From NCBI GenBank assembly GCA_001606155.1, contig LODT01000028.1, positions 470,735-534,734 of the forward strand: DNA of 64,000 nt. The letters run 5' to 3'. The notes beneath the pieces were generated by a model. It worked only from the letters and a program-made list of their open reading frames with translations, ran no database searches and had not been told where the DNA came from. Below, piece after piece: positions 45,465-56,075 of this stretch. The stretch is from Tieghemostelium lacteum. Taxonomy: Eukaryota. The number at the start of each line of letters is the position of its first letter. The stretch's first letter is position 1. Both the position numbers and the translations under genes were made by a program.

Positions 45465-47984
45465 ATGAGTAACTCAAAAAAGAAAGCAGCAGATACCAAA
45501 CCAAAGTCACAGGAAAATCTTATTCATAAGTTTTTTGATGTTTTACCAAATACAGTTAGCTCCTTAAGCCAATTCATGGGTTTTGGTGGTAATAAAAACA
45601 ATAGTACTTCAACTTCGACTTCAACTTCTACTTCAACTTCAACTTCAACTATAGATAATACCACAACAACTACTACTACTACAACAGTATCTACACCTAC
45701 ACCATCTACACCATTGGAATCTAGATTTAAATTACTTCCTTCACCACCACCACCACCATCCACACCAACTAAACCAACTTCTAAAAAGAAATCAGCAACA
45801 CCTAGAAAATCAAAACCTGCTGCGTCTAAAAAAAGTGATTCTGTAACACCAGCTAAAGGTCAAATTACCATTCAAAGCTTACTTGAAGAAAAGGAGTCAT
45901 CAGCATCAACATCTACACCTACATCTTCTAGAAAATCAAGTTATTCATCACCTCCTATACCTCAGGTTGTGATACCAGAGGTATCAGGAGCTATATCAAA
46001 TAGAAGTCCTGGAAAGAGAGTAATTACACCAGTCGCAAGAACCCTCTTTCAGACAGTACCAAGTAGATCATATACACCAAAAAAGAAGAATAATGAACCT
46101 GTTAAAAAGAAGATAAAATTAGATTCTAGTGAATCTAAAGATAAAGAGAGAGGGGTTATTGAGGATATATCAGAATCTGAAGAGGAGTCAACTTATGAGA
46201 ATTCACAGTCAGATTATTCAGATACTAGCTCATATGATGAGGACTCTAGTTATGAGGCATCAGATCATCCAATGTCCGTATCGGAGGATGAGAGTGAAGG
46301 TTCAGAGACTAGCGATTACGATGACAATAAAGGAAAGAAGAGAAAAAAACCTTCAAGTAATATAGGTGCACATAAAGCAATTTTGGGTAATCTAAAGAGT
46401 TTTGGAAAAATACCTGAAAAGAAGGTGGATATACCCACAAGTTCTCCACGTGATATACAGATGAATACCTCAACTGCATTGACAAAATCTAAAGTTTCAA
46501 CACCAAAATCAATAGTACAGAAAAAATTGGAGGATAGGTATGGAAATAAGATTTTGGTTGATGTAAAGAGTGATTTTAGAAGACCAAAGAATCAGGGTTT
46601 CTTGGTTGGAATGGGTAAAGAGAATACTACTGCTCAAGATACAATGATTTTACTTCGTGATTTTATAGAGGCTCCTTTTACGGTGGAGACTAATAGTAAG
46701 GTTATAGAGGAGTATCTCCCCACTCTGAAAAAATCTGAAAAATTATGTTTTTCAAATGATTATGAAAGAGTTATTGAAATGTCTCTTTTTGAGAGTTTGT
46801 TTAGTAAACAGGAGACATCGGAAGAGAATAGTGAATTTACTTGGTTTGTAGGTGGATATGTATCGGCTTTAGATTGGTGTCCTCTGCCAACTAATGTAAA
46901 TGAGACTAGAGATTTTATAGCGGTTGCTGCATATAGAGATCTGACGTCTTCACATTTGAAGAGAGAGATCTATAAAGGTAACAATATCATTCAGATTTGG
47001 GAACTGAATAACTTGGAGAAGTATTCGGATCATAAACCTAAATTGGCCTATGCCATTAAACACAATGGTAACTATGTAACTGAACTCAGATGGCTTCCAT
47101 GTGGTGGATATGTATCCTCTAAAGAACATGGAAATCAGAGAGTTGGTGTATTGGCAGCTGCATTTGGTGATGGGTCTGTAAAGATATATTCCATACCTCA
47201 CCCAGATGTAGTTCAAAAACATATTTCCTCTACTAAAATAGAGGTTAAAGATAGGGTTATACTACTCGATTTAGAACCTATATTTGATCAACCTGTGAAT
47301 TTAAGTCACGTCCCACAACTATTTAAAAGTAATTCTCAACCTGAGAGAGAATATGTATGTAATACACTCAGTTGGTCACCTACATATGATGAACAGAATG
47401 ACAGTCCTATGCTTTTATTAGGATGCACCAATGGTCTTATTCAAATGTATGATATAGGGTCTATATTACCATGGAAGAAAAATGGTAAAAAACTTAGTTA
47501 TGAAACTAGATTCATCATTCCTATTTTCATGTCACAAGAAAAACAGGAATGTTCTTCAGTTGCCTTCTCACCTCTTGACAAGAACCTATTTGCAACACTT
47601 GCACGTAGAAATGTTTGCCTATGGGATAGACGTCAACCTGAGAAACCAGTACTCTCTAATCTTTGGATGTTCTCTTCCAAAGCCACATTAATATGGCCTA
47701 GAACCAAACTACCTTGCCTCCTATTAACAGAAGCAAATTGCATCAAAGTCTATGATTTAGTAACTGGATCTCATCTAGTAATGGCAATCTCAGAATTTGA
47801 TATCAACAATATAGATGTTTCCTACAGTAAAAGATTTTTATCAGCATCTTCTAGTGAAGGAAGCTTAAAAATCCTCCCACTTTATCCTGAAAGAAGAAAC
47901 TATATCAGTGAACCAATTATCAATTTAGAATCTATAAAATTAAAACCTGAAGAAAACAATAACCAAGAAAACAATAATCAAGAA

Positions 47985-48024
<40 letters not shown>

Positions 48025-48305
48025 GTAGTAATAGTAATAATATAGAAGAAAAAGAAAGTATATTTATGTTATCAAATAGAGAAGATCGTGTTGAAATACA
48101 AAATCCTAAAGTATTTGGCAGTAAACCACTAACACAGATTAAACCATTAGAGAGTGTTTATTTCCCAGATAGAAGAGCTTCCATTACTTGGACTACTTGG
48201 TGCCCAAACAAACAAAATCAAAATTGGGTTGTTTATTCAACTGGATTTGGTATAGTTAGATGTAAATATTTTGATCAAACTCTTAAATCTAATTATAAGG
48301 GATAA
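45465..48305 (+). CDS. WD40-repeat protein with a long N-terminal Ser/Thr/Pro-rich and acidic low-complexity region. Possibly a TFIIIC-subunit-like or chromatin-associated WD protein.
   Basis: 946-aa ORF starting MSNSKKK. It has (ST)n and poly-T/P tracts and acidic SD/SE clusters. The C-terminal half has WD-like units (IQIWELNN...GNYVTELRWLP, GVLAAAFGDGSVKIYSIP, LLLGCTNGLIQMYDI). I have no confident orthology. Confidence 0.5.
45598..45660 (+). repeat. Hexanucleotide microsatellite (ACTTCN)n encoding (ST)n inside the WD-repeat gene. A further (AAT)n microsatellite lies at 47990..48040, encoding poly-Asn.
   Basis: acttcaacttcgacttcaacttctacttcaacttcaacttcaact and aataataataataataataataataataatagtagtaatagtaataat. 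Confidence 0.7.
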
Positions 48306-49490
48306 CTTTATCATTAAATATCTTATATATTTCTAATTATCAAGTTGTAAATGTTATCATTTCAGCATTTATGTTATAAATTATAATCAAACAATTTTTT
48401 TTTATTCACTAAGTTGATATCTTCTTGTCAAATTACATTGAAATAGTTAAAATTCTTGTGATAACTGCTGAAAATTTCGAAAAAACATATATATTAAATA
48501 GATATGTTATAGATAGAAACATCCAGTGGGGTATATATATATATTAATTCATTTCAAATTGTTATTTTCTAATCTAAATAGAAAACAAATAGGGATAAAA
48601 TGTAATATATTGATATATATTTAGGTTTTAAATAATATATTCCAAATTTATTCAAAAATTAAATTTAAATAGTAAATATGAAAGAGTAATACCTTATTTT
48701 GATAAAAATTTTTACTTTAAGTAATTTTGTGCATCAGATCAAAGTTTATAATATTTTTATTATTCTACTACACTTCTATCAACTAAATCAATTGTTATTA
48801 TTCACTCAGTACTACTATTAAAAATCTAAATATAAAATAAATTGATTATCTTCATCTTTTCTTTTTCTATTTTTTTAATTTTCATTTTTGATTTTATAGA
48901 ATACTGAATTTTCAATTTGCCTTATAACAACAATGGTTAGCGAAGAGATTGATAAGTAAGTTAATTTCAATACCGAATCAATATCAACAACCAATCTCTT
49001 TACTTTAATTTAATAGTGTTTTAAAATATTTCACCAATTTCACTTAATCTCTTATCCAACATATTAATACTTTAATACCTAAATAAATTTATAAACTTTA
49101 TAATAATTAAAAATTGTGTTTTTAGTTTCACATTTTAGGATAATTAGAATAATATCAAATAGAAGAGTATAAAAATTATAAAATGGAATTTCAACTGTTC
49201 TAAAGTAATTTTTTATTTTAGAGACATACGGAAAGGGGTTAGATTAAATATTTTATTTTTTTATATTTTTTAAAAAAAACATAACCTCAATCTCTGTAAT
49301 AATTATTTTATTTGATATCCTCATTGTAGATAAATTTGTGATTAAACAAAACATACAGAATAATAGATAATTCTATTTACTTTAACCAATGAAATATTTT
49401 GGTTATTCAATATTGTTGATTATATTGATTTCATTTCATTTAACGACTTTAGTTGTTTCTGGTATGTTTGGAATAAGGATAGGATAGTTA

Positions 49491-52400
49491 GTGATATCAC
49501 AAGAGAGTATTAATATAACTCAAAACTCAGAGTGGAATCAATTTAGTTTTCAAGGAGATGCACCAAAATCTAGGTTTGGACATTGTATGATAACTATTCA
49601 ATCTAAATTGTATAATAATGTAAATCAACAGTCACTATTAAAGAGTAGTGCTATTAGTAGTAGTAGTAATAATGTAAAATTACAAATTGTAAATAGTAAA
49701 CAAGAACAAATCGAATATAATAGTGATGATAATTATAATGTACATAGTAAAAGTGATATAGATTTTCAGAGATCTATAAATAAGAAGAAGAATTTAATAT
49801 TAAGAGAAACACCTACACCTACTGAATCTATACTTAGTAATAATAATAATAGTTATTGGATATATGGTGGAAGATATTCGTTTAGTAGTAATTTAGTAAC
49901 TACACCTCTGTTACTATTAAAAGATCTAACTGGAAAATTCGCAGAACAATCATTTTCATTGGGTTTGAATCCTGGGTCGAGATGGGGACATGCATGTCAT
50001 ACAGTTGGTTTCTATGATAATGCCACTGAGATTTTGGTATTTGGTGGTAGTACTGATGTTAATGATTTAGAGGTTAGTGGTCAACTTTGGAAATACTCTA
50101 TATTACTAAATAGTTGGAAACTTTTAACAGATTATCAAGCACCCATTTCAAATTCTACATCCTCTTCATCTTCTTCGAGTGGTAATGATACTTTGGTTGT
50201 AGATTCATTATCTTCATTATCATCATATAGTGATGATGGTACATCTAATATATCTAAAATTGTAATGGCGACTGTTACCCCTGTGATACCTAATGAATTA
50301 TTTCCATATCCTCGAACAATGTTTGGAAGTTGTACTAATGGTACATTTTTATTTATATTTGGAGGTTATGTAAATAAATCTGGTGTTATGGTAGCGGAAG
50401 ATGATTTTTGGATGTACAATATGATTAATCAGACTTGGATTCAATTTAAACCACAAGACGATGGTTTTAATTGGCCATCAGCTAGATTAGGTCATTCCAT
50501 GGTATTTGCTCAAAAGGCGTTATATTTATTTGGTGGATTAGAGATTTCAGAGAACTACAATTCAGCTAGCGACCAATTATGGAAATTCTCTTTGGTCACT
50601 TTAGAATGGACATTACTGTTTGACGAAAGTCCTTCACCAAGTGCCAGGGCATATCATACAATGGTTGTAGACTCAAAGAAAGAAACTGCATTCTTTATAT
50701 ATGGTGGTATTGATAGATATCAACTAACTCAGAGTGATCTATGGATTTATGATTTGGATTCTGAAGAATGGGATAATATTGAAACTAGTTTTGAGTCTCC
50801 TGAACTCAGTCACAGTGCCATGACACTGTCTTCGGATGTCAATGGATTTCTAATGTATGGTGGAACTGGTAGTGACCCATCTTCCTTCCTCTCCTATGGA
50901 CTAGACTGTAATTGTAATAGTAGAGGTGGATGTTTCTATGGTATTTGCAGTTGCTTTTCTGGTTACTTTGGAGAGTACTGTCAAAATAGTATCGATGGAC
51001 CTATTCTATTAGGATTAGGGCTGGCAATCAGTGTGCCTATTTTATGTTTTGGTTGGTGTGTTCTTAGATGTACCACATTACCAACTCGTATGAAAATTCT
51101 TACACTGATTATCATTGTCATGTCATGCTCGTTATTTGCAAGTGTTGAGTCATGTTTGGAATGTTGGTTACCAGAGGCTCTAATGGGTCTGATTACAGGT
51201 TCTATTGGTCTATTAGGTATACTGAAATACAAAAACCCCAAGATTATATTGTATTTCACTATATCTGTATTTTTGACATTGGGTGTGGGTGTCTATGGTG
51301 TAGTTTCATTCCTACCATCTTGTATGATGGGTAATTGTAGAAATGATAAACCAAAAGAACAATGGCTTCCCAAGTATGCCATTATAATGTCATTTGTCCA
51401 CTTGGCATTTTTAGTACTAGTTTTACCATTATCTTTAAAACTATACAAACATAGAAGATATATCAATACCATCAGTAATAATCCAGCAATTGCCTCGTCA
51501 TCTAGTGGTTTATTGTTTAGTAATAATGGGTTACCTCAACAACCTTTGAATCCATTGTTAAAGAAGATTCAAGAAAATGAACAAAAAGAAAAGAATCCAA
51601 ATAATAACAATAGTGATTCAAATGGTTCTAATGATACCTACACATCAGAACAAAATCAAAAGGCACTTAATTACCTACAAAAAGAGTATAATTTAAGATC
51701 AGATCTAAATAAGATTCGTGTGAGTAAGAATACGGCTGAAGAACTTAGAATTAAAGTGGATAGAGAACATATTCTAGAGGATACTTATAGACAGTTAAGT
51801 CAAGTACCAACTCAACAACTAGTTCAGAATATCTCCATTAAGTTTATTGGAGAAGAAGGTGTAGATATGGGTGGTTTGAAAAAAGAATGGTTTTCATTGG
51901 TGTTCAAGCAACTCTTTGATCCACTCTATGGCTTATTTGTATTGAATACTAACTATTCATTGTCTATAAGTCCAACATCACATTTACAACCTGACCATTT
52001 AGCATATTTTTTATTTGGTGGTAAAATGGTTGCTAGGTCGGTTATTGAAGGTGTGCATTTGGATCACACATTTTCACGAACAATTTACAAATTGATTTTA
52101 GGTAAACCACCATGTCTTGATGACTTGATTTATGTTGATCCGGCATTCCACAAGAGTCTTTTATGGATTCTTGAGAACTCTGTTGATGAGATGGAAGAAG
52201 TCACATTTTCAACTACAGTCGATCAAATTGGTGTTGGTCATGTTCTAGTCGATTTGAAACCTAATGGAAGAGATATACTTGTAAATGAAGATAACAAACA
52301 AGAATTTGTAGATCTAATGACACTTTGGAGATTCCAAAGAGATATCTCTGATCAAGCCTACCATTTTATTCAAGGTTTCCGTGAAATTATCCCTCTTGAG

Positions 52401-52814
52401 TTAATATCAAATTTCACTGAATGTGAATTAGAATTGTTTATTTGTGGTCTTGTAGAGATTGATATTGGTGATTGGAAAGCTAATACAACCTATCGTGGTT
52501 ACACAGCAACCTCTTCAGTTATTGAATGGTTTTGGGAGGTTGTAGAGGAAATGGAAATTGAAGATCGTATTCGTCTATTACAATTTGTAACTGGTAATGC
52601 TAGATTACCACCATCTGGTTTCCAAGGTCTACATTCTGCAGAAGGTTCTGTTAAATTCCAAATTCACAAATCCTTTACCCCTGATAATCAACTGCCAGTT
52701 GCTAGAACATGTTTTAATCGTTTGGATCTTCCAAATTATGATTGTAAAGAAAGATTAAAATATTACCTAATTTTAGCACTTAAAGAAGGTCTACCTGGTT
52801 TTGGATTAGCATAA
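49491..52814 (+). CDS. HECT-domain E3 ubiquitin ligase with an unusual N-terminal kelch-like beta-propeller region, an EGF-like Cys module and a multi-pass transmembrane segment.
   Basis: The C-terminus ...FQIHKSFTPDNQLPVARTCFNRLDLPNYDCKERLKYYLILALKEGLPGFGLA is the HECT C-lobe with its catalytic Cys context. The N-terminus has kelch-like blades (WIYGGRYSF, ILVFGGSTD, LFIFGGYVN, LYLFGGLE, FFIYGGID). The EGF-like module is CNCNSRGGCFYGICSCFSGYFGEYCQN. About 5 hydrophobic helices follow between aa 500 and 650. Confidence 0.75.
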   Translation: MISQESINITQNSEWNQFSFQGDAPKSRFGHCMITIQSKLYNNVNQQSLLKSSAISSSSNNVKLQIVNSKQEQIEYNSDDNYNVHSKSDIDFQRSINKKKNLILRETPTPTESILSNNNNSYWIYGGRYSFSSNLVTTPLLLLKDLTGKFAEQSFSLGLNPGSRWGHACHTVGFYDNATEILVFGGSTDVNDLEVSGQLWKYSILLNSWKLLTDYQAPISNSTSSSSSSSGNDTLVVDSLSSLSSYSDDGTSNISKIVMATVTPVIPNELFPYPRTMFGSCTNGTFLFIFGGYVNKSGVMVAEDDFWMYNMINQTWIQFKPQDDGFNWPSARLGHSMVFAQKALYLFGGLEISENYNSASDQLWKFSLVTLEWTLLFDESPSPSARAYHTMVVDSKKETAFFIYGGIDRYQLTQSDLWIYDLDSEEWDNIETSFESPELSHSAMTLSSDVNGFLMYGGTGSDPSSFLSYGLDCNCNSRGGCFYGICSCFSGYFGEYCQNSIDGPILLGLGLAISVPILCFGWCVLRCTTLPTRMKILTLIIIVMSCSLFASVESCLECWLPEALMGLITGSIGLLGILKYKNPKIILYFTISVFLTLGVGVYGVVSFLPSCMMGNCRNDKPKEQWLPKYAIIMSFVHLAFLVLVLPLSLKLYKHRRYINTISNNPAIASSSSGLLFSNNGLPQQPLNPLLKKIQENEQKEKNPNNNNSDSNGSNDTYTSEQNQKALNYLQKEYNLRSDLNKIRVSKNTAEELRIKVDREHILEDTYRQLSQVPTQQLVQNISIKFIGEEGVDMGGLKKEWFSLVFKQLFDPLYGLFVLNTNYSLSISPTSHLQPDHLAYFLFGGKMVARSVIEGVHLDHTFSRTIYKLILGKPPCLDDLIYVDPAFHKSLLWILENSVDEMEEVTFSTTVDQIGVGHVLVDLKPNGRDILVNEDNKQEFVDLMTLWRFQRDISDQAYHFIQGFREIIPLELISNFTECELELFICGLVEIDIGDWKANTTYRGYTATSSVIEWFWEVVEEMEIEDRIRLLQFVTGNARLPPSGFQGLHSAEGSVKFQIHKSFTPDNQLPVARTCFNRLDLPNYDCKERLKYYLILALKEGLPGFGLA

Positions 52815-52904
52815 GGAGACAATCTAAATAAAAATTACAAAATTTTTTTTTGTATGTGTATATACAGTGGGGGTGGTATCTGTTGGTTTTGTTTATTAGT
52901 TTTT

Positions 52905-54743
52905 TTAATGTTGCGAATCATTAGAGTTTATATCATCATCTAATAAATCATTATCTTTTTGACGTAGTTTTTGGTCTTGATAGACAGAGAATGTAAGTGT
53001 ATTTAGAAATTCAGATATCCAATGCTGATCTTGAACACTTTGAAATTCAGTTTGAATAAAAGATTCTTTTAAAAAGATGGAAATGGTTTTGTTGTGAGTG
53101 ACATTACGTATACAATGTCTTTGGAAATTGTCAAAGAGATTAGTGAGGTAAGTCTCAATTGATTGTGTGAAACCTTGTAAAATCACCTCTTGTTCTTTGG
53201 ATGGTGTATAACATAACTGTTGTTGCTTGGTATTGATGGTAGCACGAAGTTTGTTAGATGCCTGAATCATCTTATTTGCCAAATCTGTCCATTTTGGGAA
53301 TATTTCAACCATGGTTTTAGAGATGATTTTGTTTTGGTCAATATCAACTAAAACAATCTCTGAAGTATCGACATCTGGTGGTACCTGTGTGAGACCAATG
53401 ATATATGGTACTGGTGCTGACAATAGATCGTGTACAGATAGTGTGGAAACTGCACTTGGTAGCAATGGTAATATTACACTTTGATACTGAAATGGTTTTA
53501 ATAGGCTAATAACTGAAAAAATGATAGATGTAAGACATCTAGGTGATTTACTAAAGAATACCACTTTTTTCTCTAACAAAATGGAATTTAAAATTACCAA
53601 AATTGTCTTGTGAGTCAATAATTGTAATGTAACAAATAATCCATAATCTAAAAGATAATCTCTGTAGTCTGAAGTTACATCTTCCTTATCTTTTAAAAGA
53701 CCTCTCTGATATTGTACTTTTTGTTCCAATAATTTAATTTCATATTCAATCTGACCTCCATGTAATGGTATTGGTTGATTATAAAAATATTCAATCAATT
53801 CCAAAATTGGTTTTTTCTTTTCACTAATATTATTATTACTATCTAAAACTGAACTATTAGATTCAATTTTAATTTGATTATCATTAATCTGAAATGTTGA
53901 AGTTAATTTTGGTGGTTTTCTATTCTGTGAGATTATATTTTGGAATCTTGAAATCTCTTGGAAATGTTGAATTGCCAATACACCTTTAATAATCTCAAAA
54001 TGTAGAGGTAACAAGGGGTATCTAGTCAAAATAACATATGATTTTGGAGCTGTTAGAATGGTTTCACCAACTTGTTGAATATAGTCATTGGGACCTGGAT
54101 ATTCATCTACATCAATTTCATATTTTTCGCCAGGTAATAGGGAACCAATTTGTGTTATTTTAGTTGTACAGACACCGTATAGAATTTGTTTCTTTTCATC
54201 AGTCAACATGAATATAAATGAGTCCTCTGGTTGTTTTAAATGTCTCTGAGGGTATAACATCTGAAATAGGTTGGTATGCGAAGCAGTTTGTGAGACTGCA
54301 GTCACTGGGATGCCATTAGGAAATGGGAAATACTCTACACTGATATTCTCCAAAGACTTATCAGGTGGATATTGATATAATATAGTTGGTCTCTCTTTGG
54401 AGACTGTTTCCGGTTGGCTATTTACAGTTGCTGACTTAATTAAAGGTGGTTTTGGAGGTGGTGTAGGTGGAGGTGTAGTAGTAATATTGTTAGATGTAGT
54501 AGTTGTAGTAATTGTATTTGGTGTCTGAACAGTTTCAGATGGTTTAACACCAATAACTAGAAACCATTCAAATAGTCTAGGTCTATCCAGTGTTGATGAT
54601 TTTCTTCTAACACCAGAATAATTGAGTCTACTTATTCTCTCATCGTTTGTTAATGCTTCTACATCTGGTAATGTTACATCTAATTGTTTTCTACCACTAG
54701 CAGTTCTTTTATGGGTTTTTATAAAAGATGGTATCTTTAACAT
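52905..54743 (-). CDS. DENN-domain (uDENN/DENN) protein, a putative Rab GEF.
   Basis: The 612-aa ORF starts with an ATG. The uDENN-like pattern is ISVEYFPFPNGIPV...DSFIFMLTDEKKQILYGVCTT, followed by a DENN-like core. A Thr/Pro-rich linker is present. Confidence 0.55.
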   Translation of the reverse strand: MLKIPSFIKTHKRTASGRKQLDVTLPDVEALTNDERISRLNYSGVRRKSSTLDRPRLFEWFLVIGVKPSETVQTPNTITTTTTSNNITTTPPPTPPPKPPLIKSATVNSQPETVSKERPTILYQYPPDKSLENISVEYFPFPNGIPVTAVSQTASHTNLFQMLYPQRHLKQPEDSFIFMLTDEKKQILYGVCTTKITQIGSLLPGEKYEIDVDEYPGPNDYIQQVGETILTAPKSYVILTRYPLLPLHFEIIKGVLAIQHFQEISRFQNIISQNRKPPKLTSTFQINDNQIKIESNSSVLDSNNNISEKKKPILELIEYFYNQPIPLHGGQIEYEIKLLEQKVQYQRGLLKDKEDVTSDYRDYLLDYGLFVTLQLLTHKTILVILNSILLEKKVVFFSKSPRCLTSIIFSVISLLKPFQYQSVILPLLPSAVSTLSVHDLLSAPVPYIIGLTQVPPDVDTSEIVLVDIDQNKIISKTMVEIFPKWTDLANKMIQASNKLRATINTKQQQLCYTPSKEQEVILQGFTQSIETYLTNLFDNFQRHCIRNVTHNKTISIFLKESFIQTEFQSVQDQHWISEFLNTLTFSVYQDQKLRQKDNDLLDDDINSNDSQH

Positions 54744-55027
54744 GATTTAAGAGTCTCTAGTATAAAATCTGAAAACAGAATAATTAATTTTTAAAAAAAA
54801 ATTTTTTTAAGTTGTTTTGACACAATCTCAGATTAACTGTTTTATTTGAAACCTCCCCCTCTATCCTAAAATTAACCCCAATTTTGAATATCTCTAAAGA
54901 CTTTTACAAATTTTACTTGTAATAATCTATTAATAGATATTTAATTTACAATATATATTAATACTATTACTTGAATTAATTTTTTCAAATTCATTTCATT
55001 TTTGAATTTTCACTCAAAGCAATAACA

Positions 55028-55589
55028 ATGGCAATTTTAGACATTGATTGGGAAAATATAGATAAACTTAAAAGAGGTGATCTTCAAAGATTATGTAAAG
55101 AGTTAAATTTACCTATAAAAGGTACTTCAAAAGTAAGTCAATTAACTACTAAAGATTATAGATATAGTTCTAACTAAATTATAGAATACAGAACTATTAG
55201 AAGCATTAAAACAATATAGAGACCTACATCAAGCTGAAATAAACAATAGGAATTCAAAAACTAATAGTCAACTTGAAAAGGAGGATCAAGAAGCAGATGA
55301 ACTACAATCAAATCAAAATATAGATTCTGGTGAAAATGAAACTATCGAAGAAAATGTTTCAAATGAACCTATTATAACTACTAATATCAATATAAATAAG
55401 GAAAAAGAAGAATCGAAAACAGTTCAAATAGAAGACCAACAAAATAAAAGTAATAATGATACAACAGATAAAATGGTAGTAGACGAACAACCAAATCAAT
55501 CACAAAATATTGAACCAATGGAACAAGAAGTTTCAATAAAAGAAAAGAAATCAAACAAAAGAAAAAGTAGTGAATATAGAAAAACCTAG
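55028..55589 (+). CDS. Small acidic protein with an N-terminal SAP-like motif. Two exons: 55028..55132 and 55185..55589.
   Basis: The motif MAILDIDWENIDKLKRGDLQRLCKELNLPIKGTSK|NTELLEALKQY fits the SAP helix-turn-helix pattern across a GTAAGT...TTATAG intron (52 nt, phase 0). An acidic or Asn-rich tail follows. It ends at TAG 55587-55589 and overlaps the next ORF by 20 nt in another frame. Confidence 0.4.
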
Positions 55590-55983
55590 TAGTAATATTA
55601 ATAATAATAATGTAGATAATAGTAAAAATGATAATAGTAATAAAACAAATGAAATGGTACATATAGGACTTAAATTTAGAAATTATACACCTAGAGAAAC
55701 AACATTGGTAAAATATAAGATTGAAAATGCCAAAGTACCACCAATTGTAGAGGAGATTAACAATAGATTAGCAGTTTTGGAAGAAAATCAAGATATACAA
55801 ATATCATTTACACCAAAGAAAATTAATTGGGATCTAAAGAGAGATATCTCCGTTAAACTATCAAAATTGGAAAAGAAAACTGAAAGATCAATTTATCAAC
55901 TATTAAAAATGAAATTGGAAGCTGAAAGTAATGAAGAAAATACCTACATAATCTCAAAAGCTCTAGAAAATATAAAATATTAA
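55570..55983 (+). CDS. CCDC12/Cwf18-like spliceosome-associated protein (C-terminal conserved region).
   Basis: GLKFRNYTPRE...INWDLKRDISVKLSKLEKKTERSIYQLLKMKL matches the conserved Cwf18/CCDC12 blocks (LRLRNY.P; DWDLKRD...KKLEKLEKRTQRAI). The start is uncertain (ATG at 55570 or 55657), and the relationship to the upstream SAP ORF is unresolved. Confidence 0.5.
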   Translation: MNIEKPSSNINNNNVDNSKNDNSNKTNEMVHIGLKFRNYTPRETTLVKYKIENAKVPPIVEEINNRLAVLEENQDIQISFTPKKINWDLKRDISVKLSKLEKKTERSIYQLLKMKLEAESNEENTYIISKALENIKY

Positions 55984-56075
55984 AAATAGATAGATCAATT
56001 TGGTATTATAAATAGATGATATTGTTATTTTTTATTTTAAATAGGAGTTTATAAAGTAACAGGTATTGGAAAGAA

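Noticed and set aside
48933-49110. Mini-ORF ATGGTTAGCGAAGAGATTGATAA followed by a perfect GTAAGT donor and a TTTAATAG acceptor
   Set aside because: After splicing it terminates within about 10 codons. It could be a 5'-UTR intron of the HECT gene, but there is no coding evidence.
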